9,142 nt of DNA. It comes from Candidatus Iainarchaeum sp. GTDB lineage: Archaea > Iainarchaeota > Iainarchaeia > Iainarchaeales > CSSED10-239. The translations under genes were made by a program, and so were the position numbers. The notes under the pieces are model-generated. The model searched no databases. It was not told the DNA's origin and was given only the letters and a program-made list of their open reading frames with translations. Below are positions 6,975 to 9,142 of the stretch, one piece after another; position 1 is the stretch's first letter; each line of letters begins with the position of its first letter. The stretch is from assembly GCA_937968065.1 (NCBI GenBank), contig CALBUD010000080.1:1-9142 (forward strand), written 5' to 3'.

Positions 6975-8126
6975 ATGATTGATGAAAAAATTATTGAAAT
7001 TATTAATAATCTTAAAAATAAAAGATTAACTGATGTTGAGATTACAGATATTCTTCTCGAAAATAATTATAAAATAGATGAAATTAAAGAAAATTTACAT
7101 GAATATAATAGAAAACATGGACTTGTTGATGAAGACTATCTTGAAGAATATTATAAACTTCAAGAAAATGTTAAAAAAATGAAATATTTTGAAAAAAAAA
7201 AGATGGCAAAAAATAAAACTAAGTCTATTAAAAAAACCAAAAAAACAAATAAGATATTCTATGTTATTTTAATAATTCTTATTTTAGCAATATTAATTAT
7301 GGGTTACTTATATTTAGAACAAACAGAATTTGATTTTGATTTTTTAAAAAATAAAGAAGTTGTGGATAATAATATTATAAATCTAAACCAAGATCTAAAT
7401 GTAGATAATAACACAAATCAAGAAAATGAAAATCCACCCTTAGTAGATGAAAATGCATTTATTCCAGATGAAAATATCTATCTTCCAGATGACAGTAATT
7501 CAGAAGAAGAAAACGATATTGAGGCTCTAACAAATCAAGAATTTTTAATTGAATTATCTTCTTATCAAAATCTTTTAAGAACAAAAGAATTTTTTAATAT
7601 TAATATTTCTGAAGAATATATTATCTTAGGAGATGTTTATTTTGAAGATGAAAATATATTTGATTTAAACTTAGTAATTATGTATATTAGTGATAATAAT
7701 CTTGAAAAACAAGAATTTCATAATCTTTCTTTAAATAAAGTTGAAAAATATAATGAGATTGTTTTAAAATCTTTTAAAGATTATAATTTTTTAGAAGATC
7801 AAGAATTATTTAATACTTTAGAATATCAAGAGGTTCCTGATTCTCAGAAATATAGATATTATTTATTAAAAATGATTTTACAAGAAGCTAACTTAAGAGA
7901 GATTTATTCTTCAGAACTATTAAAATTATCTTCAGTAATTTTAAATACAGATTACAAATTTAGTAATATTAATTTAGAATATGCTATTGAAGAAAATATT
8001 GAAAATAAAAATATATTTATTATGAATTTTTTAAATGATCTTGAGATAATACAGACAACAATAACTGATTTTAATACTAATGAAAAAAACCTTATTATTC
8101 AAAATTTTAATGAGATAATCAATTGA
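6975..8126 (+). CDS. Hypothetical single-pass (type II) membrane protein with an acidic N/D/E-rich linker and an unknown ectodomain
   Basis: I prefer ATG 6975 (383 aa) over the TTG at 6897 used in the ORF track. A small helical N-terminal domain (KIIEIINNLKNKRLTDVEITDILLENNYKIDEIKENL) comes first, then a Lys-rich stretch KKKMAKNKTKSIKKTKKTNK. This is followed by the TM helix IFYVILIILILAILIMGYLYL, a low-complexity acidic linker, and a Cys-free domain of about 200 aa. I recognise no family. ATG 7203 is another possible start. Confidence 0.7.
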   Translation: MIDEKIIEIINNLKNKRLTDVEITDILLENNYKIDEIKENLHEYNRKHGLVDEDYLEEYYKLQENVKKMKYFEKKKMAKNKTKSIKKTKKTNKIFYVILIILILAILIMGYLYLEQTEFDFDFLKNKEVVDNNIINLNQDLNVDNNTNQENENPPLVDENAFIPDENIYLPDDSNSEEENDIEALTNQEFLIELSSYQNLLRTKEFFNINISEEYIILGDVYFEDENIFDLNLVIMYISDNNLEKQEFHNLSLNKVEKYNEIVLKSFKDYNFLEDQELFNTLEYQEVPDSQKYRYYLLKMILQEANLREIYSSELLKLSSVILNTDYKFSNINLEYAIEENIENKNIFIMNFLNDLEIIQTTITDFNTNEKNLIIQNFNEIIN

Positions 8127-8188
8127 AAATATTAAAGCAGTATGTTTTTAAAGTTTTAGATATATATAATATTTATATTATATCTATC

Positions 8189-8202
8189 TTTTAAAAAATA
8201 GA
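8189..8202 (+). promoter_or_regulatory. TATA-like box upstream of tRNA-Thr
   Basis: cttttaaaaaatag is centred about 20-25 nt upstream of tRNA position 1 (8217). That spacing fits an archaeal TATA-to-start distance. Inference only. Confidence 0.3.
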
Positions 8203-8216
8203 TAAATATAATTTAG

Positions 8217-8289
8217 GCCTCTATAGCTCAGTGGCTAGAGCGGCAGTCTTGTAAACTGTAGGTCGAGGGTTCAAATCCCTCTAGAGGCT
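8217..8289 (+). tRNA. tRNA-Thr (anticodon UGU), 73 nt, no encoded CCA
   Basis: I folded the cloverleaf by hand. Acceptor GCCTCTA/TAGAGGC gives 7 Watson-Crick pairs, with U8. D arm is GCTC-AGTGGCTA-GAGC. Anticodon arm is GCAGT-CTTGTAA-ACTGT, with TGT at positions 34-36. The variable loop is AGGTC, the T arm is GAGGG-TTCAAAT-CCCTC, and the discriminator is T at 8289. The next bases are TCTTTC, so CCA is not encoded. Confidence 0.93.
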
Positions 8290-8372
8290 TCTTTCTATAA
8301 GTTAAAAGCCCTTTTTCTAAAAAACAAAGATTTAAAATTAGTTTATAACTATAATATATTAGGTGAAATAAA

Positions 8373-8576
8373 ATGCAAATAGAAATAACAAAAGAAGTAG
8401 ATACAAAACTTAAAAAAATAAGTTCAGTATCTGGTCTTGATAGAAAAAAAATTGTTACAAAAGCAATAGATTATTATTTATTGGTTTTAGACCAAGAATT
8501 AAAATTAAAAAATGAATTTGGTTCTCTAGACAAACTTAGTGATGAAGCACTATTAAATTTTGAGGAGAATTTGTAA
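8373..8576 (+). CDS. Ribbon-helix-helix (CopG-like) antitoxin of a MazF/PemK-type toxin-antitoxin pair
   Basis: 67 aa. AGGTGA SD at 8361-8366. N-terminal MQIEITKEVDTKLKKISSVSGLDRKKIVTKAIDYYL fits a beta-alpha-alpha RHH layout, and the acidic C-terminal tail is LSDEALLNFEENL. Its stop overlaps the toxin ATG by 1 nt (TAATG at 8574-8578). Confidence 0.75.
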   Translation: MQIEITKEVDTKLKKISSVSGLDRKKIVTKAIDYYLLVLDQELKLKNEFGSLDKLSDEALLNFEENL

Positions 8577-8902
8577 TGTTTGATGTTGGAGATGTTTGTT
8601 TAATGGAACTACCATCATCAGATGGTCATGAACAAACAGGCCAAAGACCATGTTTAATTATTTCTGAAATGGAAGCAAACACGCTTTTAGTTGTCCCCTT
8701 TACCACTAATCTAAGAGCTATAAAATATTTAAGTTCTATACAAATAGAACCCTCTTCTTTAAATGGACTTGATAATACCTCGATCGCCTTAGTTTTTCAA
8801 TTAAGAGCAATTGATGTAAAAAGACTAATAAAAAAAATTGGAGTCTTAGAAGAAGAATATCTAAAAGATGTCAAATTAATTTTATCTAAAAAAATATTAT
8901 GA
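8576..8902 (+). CDS. mazF: MazF/PemK-family endoribonuclease toxin
   Basis: 108 aa. GAGGAG SD at 8562-8567. GDVCLMELPSSDGHEQTGQRPCLIIS...LLVVPFTTN matches the MazF/PemK core (GD..wv...p..G.EQ.G.RP.vvls...v.vvP.Tt). Its size and its position after a small antitoxin gene are typical. Confidence 0.9.
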   Translation: MFDVGDVCLMELPSSDGHEQTGQRPCLIISEMEANTLLVVPFTTNLRAIKYLSSIQIEPSSLNGLDNTSIALVFQLRAIDVKRLIKKIGVLEEEYLKDVKLILSKKIL

Positions 8903-8907
8903 AGCCT

Positions 8908-9142
8908 TTAAAAATTATTTAACTTTTCTTGTATTTTAGCGGCCTTATTTAATCTACCAGAAATTTCACAAAACTTTAATTCAGATTCTAAAGTATAAAC
9001 AGGTATTTTATATTCTTTAAAATTAATATATATTTTATTTTTAAGATTTGACTTAATCCAAGTTTTATTTTTAATATCAAATACTTTAATATCTCCAATA
9101 ACTTCTAGATTAATTCCTTCAATATTATATAAAGCATAGTAT
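8908..9142 (-). CDS. C-terminal fragment (77 aa visible) of a hypothetical protein whose N-terminus lies beyond the right edge
   Basis: I translated the reverse strand by hand in the frame that begins at 9141. It reads YYALYNIEGINLEVIGDIKVFDIKNKTWIKSNLKNKIYINFKEYKIPVYTLESELKFCEISGRLNKAAKIQEKLNNF, with the TAA stop at 8908-8910. It is absent from the ORF track because the fragment has no start codon. The C-terminal LESELKFCEISGRLNKAAKIQEKL loosely resembles a UVR motif. Confidence 0.45.
   Translation of the reverse strand, partial: YYALYNIEGINLEVIGDIKVFDIKNKTWIKSNLKNKIYINFKEYKIPVYTLESELKFCEISGRLNKAAKIQEKLNNF

Noticed and set aside
7192-7201. A10 homopolymer inside the 6975-8126 ORF as a slipped-strand phase-variation switch
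   Set aside because: Poly-A runs encoding Lys stretches are everywhere in this AT-rich, Lys-rich coding sequence, for example at 3897-3907 and 4394-4400. There is nothing specific to suggest phase variation.
8290-8372. Possible terminator hairpin (aaaagccctttttc) or att-site remnant after the tRNA
   Set aside because: The putative stem aaaag/ctttt would leave only about a 2-nt loop and is not a credible hairpin. There is no extended repeat of the tRNA 3' end in the window. The T-runs alone could serve as archaeal termination signals, but that cannot be shown here.
8576-8902. Higher G+C in mazF (about 27-38% in the 60-nt samples I hand-counted) as a sign of recent horizontal transfer
   Set aside because: A conserved segment of the ABC ATPase, such as 1921-1980, reaches about 40% by the same hand count. 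The elevation therefore tracks protein conservation rather than foreign origin. A proper k-mer analysis would be needed.
1-9142. Alternative genetic code (UGA or UAG reassignment, as in some CPR or other reduced lineages)
   Set aside because: Conserved genes (ATPase, both permeases, MscS, MazF) read uninterrupted under the standard code. ORFs end on TAA (most), TGA (8124-8126 and 8900-8902) and TAG (13-15). Trp is encoded by TGG. The only hint is the early TAG in the Bud23-like gene, which I report as a low-confidence oddity.
1-9142. CRISPR arrays, IS elements, integrases, rRNA
   Set aside because: There are no regularly spaced repeats of 24 nt or more, no transposase- or integrase-like ORFs, and no rRNA-like GC-rich structured segments. 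The only repeats I saw are the short ones reported above.

Overview
This is an extremely AT-rich prokaryotic window, roughly a quarter G+C by eye (not computed). All three standard stop codons are used. It looks most like a small-genome, DPANN-like archaeon. Supporting points are a Bud23/WBSCR22-like methyltransferase, a tRNA-Thr(UGU) with a U discriminator and no encoded CCA, TATA-like boxes close to ATGs that lack Shine-Dalgarno (SD) motifs, and oligo-T tracts after genes. Two genes run leftward: a Bud23-like SAM methyltransferase (13-579) and an MscS-family channel (612-1670). A 132-nt intergenic region with almost no G or C (1671-1802) separates them from a rightward cluster at 1803-8126. 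That cluster encodes a MacB/LolD-type ABC ATPase, FtsX/MacB-type permease 1 and an orphan cytoplasmic Rossmann/methyltransferase-like protein. It continues with a secreted, C-terminally anchored protein of three CARDB/COG1361-like beta-sandwich modules, a paralogous permease 2, and an orphan single-pass membrane protein with an acidic ectodomain. Downstream lie tRNA-Thr(UGU) (8217-8289), a ribbon-helix-helix (RHH) antitoxin plus MazF/PemK toxin pair (8373-8902), and the C-terminal fragment of a convergent ORF that runs off the right edge. I saw no CRISPR array, rRNA, transposase or integrase. The best candidate for an undescribed system is the ABC cluster, where three non-transporter genes are interleaved with one ATPase and two paralogous mechanotransmission-type permeases. 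All family assignments come from reading motifs by eye; no searches were run.
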